A stretch of 15,029 bases of DNA from a virus (IMGVR_UViG_2565956714_000007:1-15029), one strand, 5' to 3'. Positions 7,656 through 14,771 are shown, counted from the stretch's first letter. A program made the numbers and translations. Notes: generated by a model not told the origin, from the letters alone.

Positions 7656-7696
7656 TACCTACAGGTATAGACATGGGTTTTACCTGTAGGTATATT
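7656..7696. promoter_or_regulatory. OL operators and PL promoter
   Basis: Operators TACCTACAGGTA (7656-7667) and TACCTGTAGGTA (7681-7692), centres 25 bp apart, same family as the OR sites. PL candidate: -35 TAGACA (7668-7673), 17-bp spacer, -10 TATATT (7691-7696). Transcript start ATCAGCAGGACGCACTGACC matches the lambda pL leader from memory. Confidence 0.65.
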
Positions 7697-7736
7697 TTAA
7701 GCCATCAGCAGGACGCACTGACCACCATGAAGGTGA

Positions 7737-7767
7737 CGCTCTTAAAAATTAAGCCCTGAAGAAGGGC
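7737..7767 (+). promoter_or_regulatory. nutL (boxA + boxB)
   Basis: boxA CGCTCTTAA (7737-7745) and boxB hairpin GCCCTGAAGAAGGGC (7753-7767), matching lambda nutL as I recall it. Confidence 0.85.
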
Positions 7768-8035
7768 AGCATTCAAAGCAGAAGGCTTTGGGGTGTGGTG
7801 AAGCCAGCTAGTCACTGGCAAGTGCTTACCTACTGTTGAGCGGTGAAGCGCTCCCAATGCTAGCAATAGCGTGGACGAGATGGGGAGCCGCGGGCGATAA
7901 GGCCGCCATAACGCGCACGTTGTCGCATGGAAAAATCGCTGGGGTGCCGGTTATACCCCTCCGAATGAGACTCAACAAGCTGGAGCTAGACTACCAGCCA
8001 CCACACCACCAAAGCTAACTGACAGGAGAATCCAG

Positions 8036-8368
8036 ATGGATGCACAAACACGCCGCCGCGAACGTCGCGCAGAGAAACAGGCTCAATGGAAAGCAGCAAA
8101 TCCCCTGTTGGTTGGGGTAAGCGCAAAACCAGTTAACCGCCCTATTCTCTCGCTGAATCGCAAACCGAAATCACGAGTAGAAAGCGCACTGAATCCGATA
8201 GACCTTACAGTGCTGGCTGAATACCACGAACAGATTGAAAGCAACCTGCAACGTATTGAACGCAAGAATCAGCGCACATGGTACAGCAAGCCACGCAGTG
8301 AAATGGGTGTGACATGCTCAGGCCGCCAGAAGCGACGCGGAAAATCAATTCCAGCTTATTACGATTGA
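8036..8368 (+). CDS. N: Antitermination protein N (110 aa)
   Basis: MDAQTRRRERRAEKQAQWKAANPLLVGV... is essentially the lambda N arginine-rich motif and body; only the C-terminal tail differs. RBS AGGAGAA upstream. Downstream of PL/nutL. Confidence 0.9.
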   Translation: MDAQTRRRERRAEKQAQWKAANPLLVGVSAKPVNRPILSLNRKPKSRVESALNPIDLTVLAEYHEQIESNLQRIERKNQRTWYSKPRSEMGVTCSGRQKRRGKSIPAYYD

Positions 8369-8376
8369 GGTGAGCC

Positions 8377-8541
8377 ATGCTCAAGAAAGTCAAACGCCGA
8401 CTTTACAAAGAAGGTAGATATTCATGCCAATTGCCAAAATGCGACACAACAAAATGGAGTGTCGATGATTGGTGTAACTGGATAGATAGATACGGAACTT
8501 GGTGGGAACGTATTTATTTTCGCGGCAAACCACTTATTTGA
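8377..8541 (+). CDS. Hypothetical small Cys/Trp-rich protein (54 aa)
   Basis: Hand-translated ORF MLKKVKRRLYKEGRYSCQLPKCDTTKWSVDDWCNWIDRYGTWWERIYFRGKPLI with RBS GAGGTG 5 nt upstream. Below the ORF-track length cutoff. Confidence 0.4.
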   Translation: MLKKVKRRLYKEGRYSCQLPKCDTTKWSVDDWCNWIDRYGTWWERIYFRGKPLI

Positions 8542-8549
8542 GGTGAGAT

Positions 8550-8801
8550 ATGGAATTTCATGAAAGTGCGATTTGTGATTTTCGCGCTAACGCAAATTCA
8601 GTAAAACCACAGCCAATTGCAGTTCTTTTTAAAACAATGGGTGCGTGGGCTGTTTTATGCTTCGCCGCTGATGACACTGACGCAAGAATGGCAATAGGCC
8701 AAGAGATGGAGATGGACCCGACAAACGATGAATTCATAATTTATGGCGCTCCATCTAATTACTTACTTGATACCTGCAACATTTACAACAAGGCTGCCTG
8801 A
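8550..8801 (+). CDS. Hypothetical protein (83 aa) in the pL operon
   Basis: ORF with RBS GAGGTGAGAT before the ATG, the same RBS context as the preceding small ORF. No recognisable motifs. Confidence 0.5.
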   Translation: MEFHESAICDFRANANSVKPQPIAVLFKTMGAWAVLCFAADDTDARMAIGQEMEMDPTNDEFIIYGAPSNYLLDTCNIYNKAA

Positions 8802-8860
8802 TGGTGGCCTTTATTTTTTAGCCGTAAATAATTTCATGCTTATTACAATCAAGGTGATAT

Positions 8861-9226
8861 ATGGAAGAACAAGCAAACAAGATTCTCGTAGAACTACTGC
8901 AAAAAGCCAGCAATGGAATAGACGCGGCTGTTTCATTTAGCCAGGCACAGATTCCTGATGTCATCCATCAGCTTTTGATGTGGCACGCCGTATCATCAGC
9001 TGGAATTCAGGCTATCTGTGTATTGGTGATTATAGCGTGTGTTTATCTGATGATTTTTGCATGGAATAAAGGAGATGATGCAGATATTGTTCTTTTATCA
9101 CTACTTGTTACATCAGGAATAGCGATTACTTCTATTGTTGTTTTCTTCAATTATTTCGACTGGCTGAAAATTTGGCTGGCCCCAAAACTTTACCTTATCG
9201 AATATGCAGCATCATTGGTTAAGTAA
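8861..9226 (+). CDS. Two-TM small membrane protein (121 aa) in the pL operon
   Basis: Two hydrophobic helices (AGIQAICVLVIIACVYLMIFAW and IVLLSLLVTSGIAITSIVVFFNYF). RBS AAGGTG before the ATG. Lies in the N-to-cIII interval where lambda carries sieB/ral-type accessory genes. Confidence 0.6.
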   Translation: MEEQANKILVELLQKASNGIDAAVSFSQAQIPDVIHQLLMWHAVSSAGIQAICVLVIIACVYLMIFAWNKGDDADIVLLSLLVTSGIAITSIVVFFNYFDWLKIWLAPKLYLIEYAASLVK

Positions 9227-9375
9227 TTTCAGGCCGCATAATCGTCCTTTATTTTTGGCATAAACAACAGAATAAACACTGCACTGTGTATTCATTCCAA
9301 CGAGTGAATACACGGAGCAATGTCGCTCGTAACTAAACAGGAGCCGACTTGTTCTGATTATTGGAAATCTTCTTT

Positions 9376-9399
9376 GCCCTCCAGTGTGAGGGCCTTTTT
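9376..9399 (+). terminator. Intrinsic terminator-like hairpin upstream of cIII (tL-type)
   Basis: GCCCTC (9376-9381), loop cagtgt, GAGGGC (9388-9393), then CTTTTTA. Expected to be read through under N antitermination. Confidence 0.55.
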
Positions 9400-9465
9400 A
9401 TATGCATACCAATAACGCTTCACTCGAGGCGTTTTCGTTATGCAATCAAATATAAGGAGTTACCC

Positions 9466-9600
9466 ATGATGCACTTTCAGCTCGCGGGTAGCGGCGTCAT
9501 GTCCGCTTTCTACCCGCACGAATCTGAATTATCACGCCGAGTTAAACAATTAATTAGAGCAGCAAAGAAACAACTGGAGGCGTTATGCGCAATGAAATAG
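9466..9600 (+). CDS. cIII: CIII-like protein (44 aa; inhibitor of FtsH-mediated CII degradation)
   Basis: MMHFQLAGSGVMSAFYPHESELSRRVKQLIRAAKKQLEAL resembles the lambda CIII amphipathic core (ESLLERITRKLR...) as I recall it. RBS AAGGAG upstream. Start placed at an internal Met of the 79-aa track ORF. Confidence 0.6.
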   Translation: MMHFQLAGSGVMSAFYPHESELSRRVKQLIRAAKKQLEALCAMK

Positions 9601-9737
9601 CCATTAATCACCAGATGCTTCGTGCGGCACAAAACAAAGCAGTAATAGCCAGATTTATTGGTGATTCAAAAATGTGGCTTGAAGCAAATAAAGCGATGAA
9701 ATCAGCTATCAACCTTCCGTGGTATCGCAGGAAATGA
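9585..9737 (+). CDS. Kil-position small protein (50 aa)
   Basis: Hand-translated ORF MRNEIAINHQMLRAAQNKAVIARFIGDSKMWLEANKAMKSAINLPWYRRK with RBS GGAGG upstream. Overlaps the cIII 3' end in another frame, as kil does in lambda. Assignment is by position and size only. Confidence 0.4.
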   Translation: MRNEIAINHQMLRAAQNKAVIARFIGDSKMWLEANKAMKSAINLPWYRRK

Positions 9738-9904
9738 GTTTTACAGATAACTGGTCAGACGAAGAATTCATTCGTCAGATGAAAGAATTAATCGGTAACG
9801 AAGGAGATATTCATGTCACTTGCAACCACAGTGAAGGAGAGCAAGTTACAGAGACGCATGTACACGCAGCAGGCGTTAATGTATCGCCAGAAGGGAGATC
9901 GTGA
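9734..9904 (+). CDS. Hypothetical acidic small protein (56 aa)
   Basis: ATG overlaps the preceding stop (ATGA). Start taken at the internal Met (MSFTDN...) of the 61-aa track ORF. No recognisable motifs. Confidence 0.4.
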   Translation: MSFTDNWSDEEFIRQMKELIGNEGDIHVTCNHSEGEQVTETHVHAAGVNVSPEGRS

Positions 9905-9991
9905 AGGTGTTCGCGTATTTTTAAATGCGGCAAAGACTGAAGTATTAAATCAGCGTTATTTCCTTGGGCCATGTCCATTCTGAGGTGAATT

Positions 9992-10699
9992 ATGGATTTG
10001 AACAAATTCGATGAGCCATTCAGCCCTGAAGATATCGAATGGCGAATACAGCAAAGCGGTAAAACACGCGATGGCAAGGTGTGGGCTATGGTGCTGGCTT
10101 ATGTCACGAACCGGGCAATCATGAAGCGCCTGGACGATGTTTGCGGCAAAGCAGGATGGCGCAATGAATACCGCGATATTCCCAACAACGGCGGAGTTGA
10201 ATGCGGCATATCAATAAAGATTGATTCCGAATGGGTAACCAAATGGGATGCTGCTGAAAACACGCAGGTAGAAGCCGTCAAAGGCGGTCGTTCCGGTGCA
10301 ATGAAGCGCGCTGCCGTTCAGTGGGGAATCGGTCGGTATCTGTATAACCTTGAGGAAGGTTTTGCACAAACATCTCTCGATAAAAAGCAGGGATGGCACA
10401 GGGCAAAACTCAAGGATGGAACAGGATTTTACTGGCTCCCTCCATCGCTGCCGGGATGGGCAATCCCAGCATCAGATAACAAACCATCACCAGAAAATAC
10501 CAACCAGAAATCTCCATCGGTTGACTGCGAACAAATCCTGAAAGACTTCAGCGATTATGCGTCAACAGAAACTGACAAGAAAAAACTCATCGAGCGTTAT
10601 CAGCGTGACTGGCAATTAATGGCTGGCAACGAGGAGGCGCAGGCTAAATGCGTTCAGGTAATGAACATCAGAGTTAACGAACTAAAACAGGCGGCATAA
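9992..10699 (+). CDS. Rad52/Rad22-family single-strand annealing protein (235 aa)
   Basis: Collinear Rad52-type pattern: ...GW...(20)...G.ECGISI...AAEN...GGRSGAMKRAAVQWGIGRYLYNL. RBS GAGGTGA upstream. Directly followed by ssb. Confidence 0.75.
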   Translation: MDLNKFDEPFSPEDIEWRIQQSGKTRDGKVWAMVLAYVTNRAIMKRLDDVCGKAGWRNEYRDIPNNGGVECGISIKIDSEWVTKWDAAENTQVEAVKGGRSGAMKRAAVQWGIGRYLYNLEEGFAQTSLDKKQGWHRAKLKDGTGFYWLPPSLPGWAIPASDNKPSPENTNQKSPSVDCEQILKDFSDYASTETDKKKLIERYQRDWQLMAGNEEAQAKCVQVMNIRVNELKQAA

Positions 10700-11173
10700 A
10701 TGGCAAGCAGAGGCGTAAATAAGGTGATCATTATTGGTCGCCTTGGGCATGATCCAGAAATCAGATATTCACCATCAGGAACGGCATTTGCAAACCTTAC
10801 CGTTGCTACGTCAGAACAATGGCGTGATAAGAAAACTGGAGAGCAAAAGGAGCAGACGGAGTGGCACCGCGTGGTAATGAGCGGGAAACTGGCAGAAATT
10901 GCCAGCGAATATCTGCGAAAAGGCTCTGAGGTTTATCTTGAAGGCAAATTGCGGACAAGAAAATGGCAGGATCAAAGCGGACAGGATCGGTTCACTACCG
11001 AAGTCATCGTGGGCGTTGGTGGAACCATGCAAATGCTTGGTGGCAAGCAAGGAGGCAATGAACAGTCTTCACCTCAGCGAAATAATGGTCAGCAACAAAG
11101 ACAGCAACCTCAGCAGCAGGGAAATCACAGCGAACCACCTATAAACTTCGACGATTCGGATATTCCGTTCTAG
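10700..11173 (+). CDS. ssb: Single-stranded DNA-binding protein (157 aa)
   Basis: OB-fold N-terminal region ([17 protein letters not shown]...WHRVV), Gly/Gln-rich linker and acidic C-terminal tip DDSDIPF. Confidence 0.9.
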   Translation: MASRGVNKVIIIGRLGHDPEIRYSPSGTAFANLTVATSEQWRDKKTGEQKEQTEWHRVVMSGKLAEIASEYLRKGSEVYLEGKLRTRKWQDQSGQDRFTTEVIVGVGGTMQMLGGKQGGNEQSSPQRNNGQQQRQQPQQQGNHSEPPINFDDSDIPF

Positions 11174-11182
11174 GAGCTGAAT

Positions 11183-11662
11183 ATGAAAATCTGCTCAAGA
11201 TGCCATCAACCGAAGGAAGAAAGGGACTTTCAAATCAGAAGAGCATCCAGAGATGGATTAACTGCCGCTTGCCGGGCTTGCCTGGCTGAATATGACAAAG
11301 AGCGCGCGGGATTGCCACATCGAGTATCAGCAAGGAGAGAATATCAATCATCGGAACGCGGCAGAGAACGGTGTAACGCAGCCAAAAAGCGGTTCATTCA
11401 GAGCAACCCATGGAAAAGAAAAGCCCACATCATCGTGGGTAATTTTTTGCGCGACGGTAAGCTAATCCGACCACCACAATGTGAGTGCTGCGGATCAGAA
11501 TGTAAACCACAGGCGCACCACTGCGACTACAGCAAACCAACCGATGTGATGTGGCTCTGCAAGTCATGTCATGTCGAGTGGCACAAACATAACAAACCTA
11601 TCTACCCAGACGAGGAGCCAGTAACTCTCCCCTTCCCTCGTCACGCTATTCACGCAATTTAA
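11183..11662 (+). CDS. HNH endonuclease-like zinc-binding protein (159 aa)
   Basis: N-terminal CxxC...CxxC zinc ribbon. C-terminal HNH-type motif CECCGSECKPQAHHCDYSKP...WLCKSCHVEWHKH. RBS AGGAG upstream. Confidence 0.7.
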   Translation: MKICSRCHQPKEERDFQIRRASRDGLTAACRACLAEYDKERAGLPHRVSARREYQSSERGRERCNAAKKRFIQSNPWKRKAHIIVGNFLRDGKLIRPPQCECCGSECKPQAHHCDYSKPTDVMWLCKSCHVEWHKHNKPIYPDEEPVTLPFPRHAIHAI

Positions 11663-11670
11663 GGACTTAC

Positions 11671-12219
11671 ATGAATCACTTGATGGTTGACCTTGAAACA
11701 ATGGGCAACGGGCCATACGCGCCAGTTATTTCTATTGGGGCGGTATTCTTTGACCCGAATACCGGAGAAACAGGAGAAGAGTTCTCGGTAAATATCTCGC
11801 TTGAATCATCAATGCGATATCGAGCGCGTCCTGACGCTTCAACGATTTTATGGTGGCTGGAACAGAGTGAAGAAGCCAGGAAATCGCTAACCAGCAACAC
11901 TCAGGAGCTTTCAACGGCTCTTTCATGGTTATCTGAATTCATCATAAAGAACGCTAACCACAAATTCGTTCAGGTTTGGGGGAATGGAGCATCATTTGAC
12001 TGCGTTATTCTCCGCAACAGTTATTCGCTGACAGGGCAGCCAGTTCCGTGGCAGTGGTGGAATGACCGCGACGTAAGAACAATCGTCGAACTTGGGAAGG
12101 CAATAGGATTCGACCCTAAGCGAGATATGCCATTCAAAGGAACTCGCCACAACGCTCTTGATGATGCCATTCACCAAGCCAAATACGTTTCAGCGATCTG
12201 GAAAAAGTTAGCTAAATAA
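11671..12219 (+). CDS. DnaQ-like DEDDh 3'-5' exonuclease (182 aa)
   Basis: Exo I motif MVDLETMG, Exo II motif GNGASFDCVIL and Exo III motif HNALDDAIHQAKY, in order. RBS AAGGA upstream. Confidence 0.8.
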   Translation: MNHLMVDLETMGNGPYAPVISIGAVFFDPNTGETGEEFSVNISLESSMRYRARPDASTILWWLEQSEEARKSLTSNTQELSTALSWLSEFIIKNANHKFVQVWGNGASFDCVILRNSYSLTGQPVPWQWWNDRDVRTIVELGKAIGFDPKRDMPFKGTRHNALDDAIHQAKYVSAIWKKLAK

Positions 12220-12235
12220 TCAACAGGAGAAAACC

Positions 12236-12532
12236 ATGCCAGCGCCTCTGTATGGTGCGGATGACCCGCGCCGCTGTTCCGGCAATTCCGTATCGGAGGT
12301 GCTGGATAAATTCAGAAAAAACTACGACCTGATAATGTCTCTACCGCAGGAAACGAAAGAGGAAAAGGAATTTCGCCACTGTATATGGCTTGCAGAGAAA
12401 GAAGAACGCGAGCGAATTTACCAGACATCAATCCGACCATTCCGCAAAGCCACATATACCCACTTCCCTGAATATATCGACCCGCGCCTGCGTAATTACC
12501 GCTCACGCTATGGCGCTATCAGTAATGACTGA
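12236..12532 (+). CDS. Hypothetical protein (98 aa)
   Basis: ORF with RBS AGGAGA before the ATG. No recognisable motifs. Confidence 0.5.
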   Translation: MPAPLYGADDPRRCSGNSVSEVLDKFRKNYDLIMSLPQETKEEKEFRHCIWLAEKEERERIYQTSIRPFRKATYTHFPEYIDPRLRNYRSRYGAISND

Positions 12533-12542
12533 GGAATTTACC

Positions 12543-12710
12543 ATGAGAGGACTTGCATACAATCCCGGCATTCTTCCGGCAGAAATGATTATTCGCCAAC
12601 GCGTAAAGCCAATGCCATCGAGAGAGGAATTGCTTAAGAGAAAGAGTTTCGGTTCTGTTAATGACAACAAATATCTGAATGCGATGTTGCGCAAAGGAGG
12701 CAACCGGTGA
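12543..12710 (+). CDS. Hypothetical protein (55 aa; internal start of the 106-aa track ORF)
   Basis: ATG preceded by RBS GAGGAA. The upstream part of the track ORF overlaps the 98-aa gene in another frame and lacks an RBS. Confidence 0.4.
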   Translation: MRGLAYNPGILPAEMIIRQRVKPMPSREELLKRKSFGSVNDNKYLNAMLRKGGNR

Positions 12711-12840
12711 CTGGACATGCAGCGATCCTCGACATGTGCTGTGGCAGTCGCATGTTCTGGTTAGATAAGAATGACGAACGGGCGAGATAAGCGATCGGTT
12801 AAGTGCTATAGTAATGCGCTTTTGTATTTATGGAGTGAAT

Positions 12841-13539
12841 ATGAAAAATATCCTACTGGCATCATTGTTAGTGGCATCGCCGGGTGCATTTGCAGCCAGC
12901 TTTGACTGCCAAAAGGCTTCGACAGCAATCGAACATAAAATCTGCGATAACGAACGTCTGTCAAAATTAGACGAACAGCTTAGCTCTGCCTATTCTAGTG
13001 CCCTCAAAGAAAACCCAGAGAACGCAGACACCATAAAAATGGTTCAACGTCAGTGGGTAAATATGCGTGGAAAACTCACTGATAATAAGGCTCTGGAGCT
13101 GGCTTATCTTATCCAAATTAATGGCCTCAAAGGTTTGGGGAGTTCAGTCAGCGTAACAGCGGCCAATGAGATACCCACGTCGACGCAGAAACATTCTGAA
13201 GAGCAGGAAGAAACAAGTAAGGCAGAAGTTAAGTCGGTCAAGAACGGCAATAAGCTAACCTTAGAGTCATTCCGAGCTAAATATGTAGAAGTAGATGGTG
13301 AGTATTACAGCACGACATCCATTCCTAGAGGCAGTTCGTTCTTGTTCACTTGCGCCAGTCGTATTGCTGATGACCAAGTGAATGTTTGGAAGAAACATGC
13401 AGCCAAAGAGGGCAAAATCGACCTATTCTTTGAGGTTGAGAATCACTTACACACTGCTATGTTGAACGCCAATTTCCAGAAGTTGAATTCAGACCCTGCC
13501 AAAAGAGGTATTTGTAATCTGATTAACGCAGTGCCGTAA
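12841..13539 (+). CDS. Secreted DUF1311 (LprI N-terminal-like) domain protein, 232 aa with signal peptide
   Basis: Signal peptide MKNILLASLLVASPGAFA. DUF1311-like motif FDCQKASTAIEHKICDNERLSKLDEQLSSAY...QRQWV. RBS GGAGTG before the ATG. Start taken at M10 of the track ORF. Followed by a hairpin. Confidence 0.7.
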   Translation: MKNILLASLLVASPGAFAASFDCQKASTAIEHKICDNERLSKLDEQLSSAYSSALKENPENADTIKMVQRQWVNMRGKLTDNKALELAYLIQINGLKGLGSSVSVTAANEIPTSTQKHSEEQEETSKAEVKSVKNGNKLTLESFRAKYVEVDGEYYSTTSIPRGSSFLFTCASRIADDQVNVWKKHAAKEGKIDLFFEVENHLHTAMLNANFQKLNSDPAKRGICNLINAVP

Positions 13540-13549
13540 GTAAATTTAG

Positions 13550-13580
13550 GGCCACAGTTGTGGCCTTAAATATTTTTTCA
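13550..13580 (+). terminator. Terminator-like hairpin after the secreted-protein gene
   Basis: GGCCAC (13550-13555), loop AGTT, GTGGCC (13560-13565); the T-run TATTTTTT begins ~9 nt later, so this is a weaker terminator. Confidence 0.4.
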
Positions 13581-13745
13581 GCCTTTTCTTATTTGTAATA
13601 AGCAGTACTTAGTAGTGCTTATAAAACAGAATAAAAAACATATGACTTTGGCGATTACCCAGTAAAGATATTCGAAATAAATGTAAATATCGGCAATGAA
13701 TAACAATCCTCGCACTCGCGGGGATTTCTTTTATATGGGGATAAT

Positions 13746-14546
13746 ATGACCATCCACTTTCACGGCAGCCCAATATGGGGGGATGAGCATGCCCCTACAG
13801 ATATGCTGATTAAAGCCCTTTACCGTGATGGTGGGGCTTTTGTTTCATTTGCCAGACCAGAGCAGATGAAAAAGATTGCCATGTTCCCTTGTGATATACG
13901 CCTTGATAACGGTGCTTTTAGCGACTGGATGAAAGCATTAAAGAAAGGCACTCCGGTAGACTGGAGTAAGAGACGAGCAAAATTCTACGACTTTGTTGGG
14001 AAGTGGTTCAGCAGAATTGAATGGTTTCTTATACCTGACGTTATCGAAGGGACAGAGGCAGAAAACGACGAGCAGATTGAGTTGGTTCCTGATTGGCTAA
14101 AATCAAAAGCGGTTCCGGTCTGGCATACCGACGAATCAATTGAACGTCTTTTACGCCTTTCTAGCAAATTTGAATGGGTGGCGATTGGATACTGCGGACC
14201 ACACAGGCACATACGCTCTAAATGGTGGGAACAGAGAATGGATGAAGTTTTCACTGAGCTTTATATCAATCGTAATTTGAAAGTGAAAATTCATGGTCTT
14301 CGAATGCTCGACGTGAGAGTTCTTGGTATGTATCCGTTCGCCAGTGCGGATTCTACTAATGTTGCTGTTAACGTACCGAAGACAGAGAAGCGATTTCCTG
14401 AGATTACCGACAAACTGGCACGCACAGCTGTACTTCGCGCTGCTATTGAAAAGGTGCACCCGCCATCGATATCAGCATGGGTAGACAGAAAGATGAGAGA
14501 GCCGGCGCAAGCCGGTTTTTTATTTGAATTCACCGACGCCGCTTAA
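13746..14546 (+). CDS. Candidate TGT-superfamily (DpdA-like) transglycosylase, 266 aa; standalone accessory gene
   Basis: Collinear resemblance to the TGT catalytic motifs: LDNGAF (cf. DSGGFQ), FLIPDVIEG (cf. IFDEC), WVAIGYCG (cf. YAVGGLAVG), KIHGL (cf. MGVG), FASADSTNV (cf. FDCVMPTRN). No C-terminal Cys/His zinc site. Own AT-rich upstream region with a 25-bp palindrome and a downstream terminator. Family call is from by-eye motif matching only. Confidence 0.45.
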   Translation: MTIHFHGSPIWGDEHAPTDMLIKALYRDGGAFVSFARPEQMKKIAMFPCDIRLDNGAFSDWMKALKKGTPVDWSKRRAKFYDFVGKWFSRIEWFLIPDVIEGTEAENDEQIELVPDWLKSKAVPVWHTDESIERLLRLSSKFEWVAIGYCGPHRHIRSKWWEQRMDEVFTELYINRNLKVKIHGLRMLDVRVLGMYPFASADSTNVAVNVPKTEKRFPEITDKLARTAVLRAAIEKVHPPSISAWVDRKMREPAQAGFLFEFTDAA

Positions 14547-14565
14547 TGCGGATTTCTTTTATCTG

Positions 14566-14590
14566 AACTCGCTACGGCGAGTTTTGTTTT
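14566..14590 (+). terminator. Rho-independent terminator after the 266-aa gene
   Basis: AACTCGC (14566-14572), loop TACG, GCGAGTT (14577-14583), followed by TTTTGTTTT. Confidence 0.7.
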
Positions 14591-14603
14591 ATGGAGATGA
14601 TAA

Positions 14604-14771
14604 ATGCACTTCCGAGTAACAGGTGAATGGAATGGAGAACCATTCAACAGAGTTATCGAAGCAGAGAACATCAACGACTGCTATGACCACTGGATGCTGT
14701 GGGCGCAGATGGCACATGCAGACGTAACCAATATTCGAATTGAAGAACTGAAAGAACACCAAGCCGCCTGA
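14604..14771 (+). CDS. Hypothetical small protein (55 aa)
   Basis: Hand-translated ORF MHFRVTGEWNGEPFNRVIEAENINDCYDHWMLWAQMAHADVTNIRIEELKEHQAA with RBS GGAG before the ATG; ends inside a terminator hairpin. Confidence 0.4.
   Translation: MHFRVTGEWNGEPFNRVIEAENINDCYDHWMLWAQMAHADVTNIRIEELKEHQAA

Noticed and set aside
7836-8018. Track ORF 7836..8018 (60 aa) between nutL and N
   Set aside because: It lies in the N leader, where lambda has no gene; it has no convincing RBS and a low-complexity product.
8083-8393. Minus-strand track ORFs 8083..8265 and 8205..8393
   Set aside because: Antisense to N, which is an unambiguous lambda-like call.
8743-8940. Track ORF 8743..8940 (65 aa)
   Set aside because: Overlaps the end of the 83-aa gene and the start of the membrane-protein gene in another frame, with no RBS.
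9811-11144. Track ORFs 9811..10077, 10099..10281, 10211..10399, 10350..10541, 10811..11050 and 10899..11144
   Set aside because: All are embedded in or antisense to the Rad52-like and ssb genes, whose frames carry clear family motifs.
11676-12718. Minus-strand track ORFs 11676..11900, 11732..11926, 11992..12177, 12312..12506 and 12503..12718
   Set aside because: Antisense to the exonuclease and the downstream small genes; no start signals.
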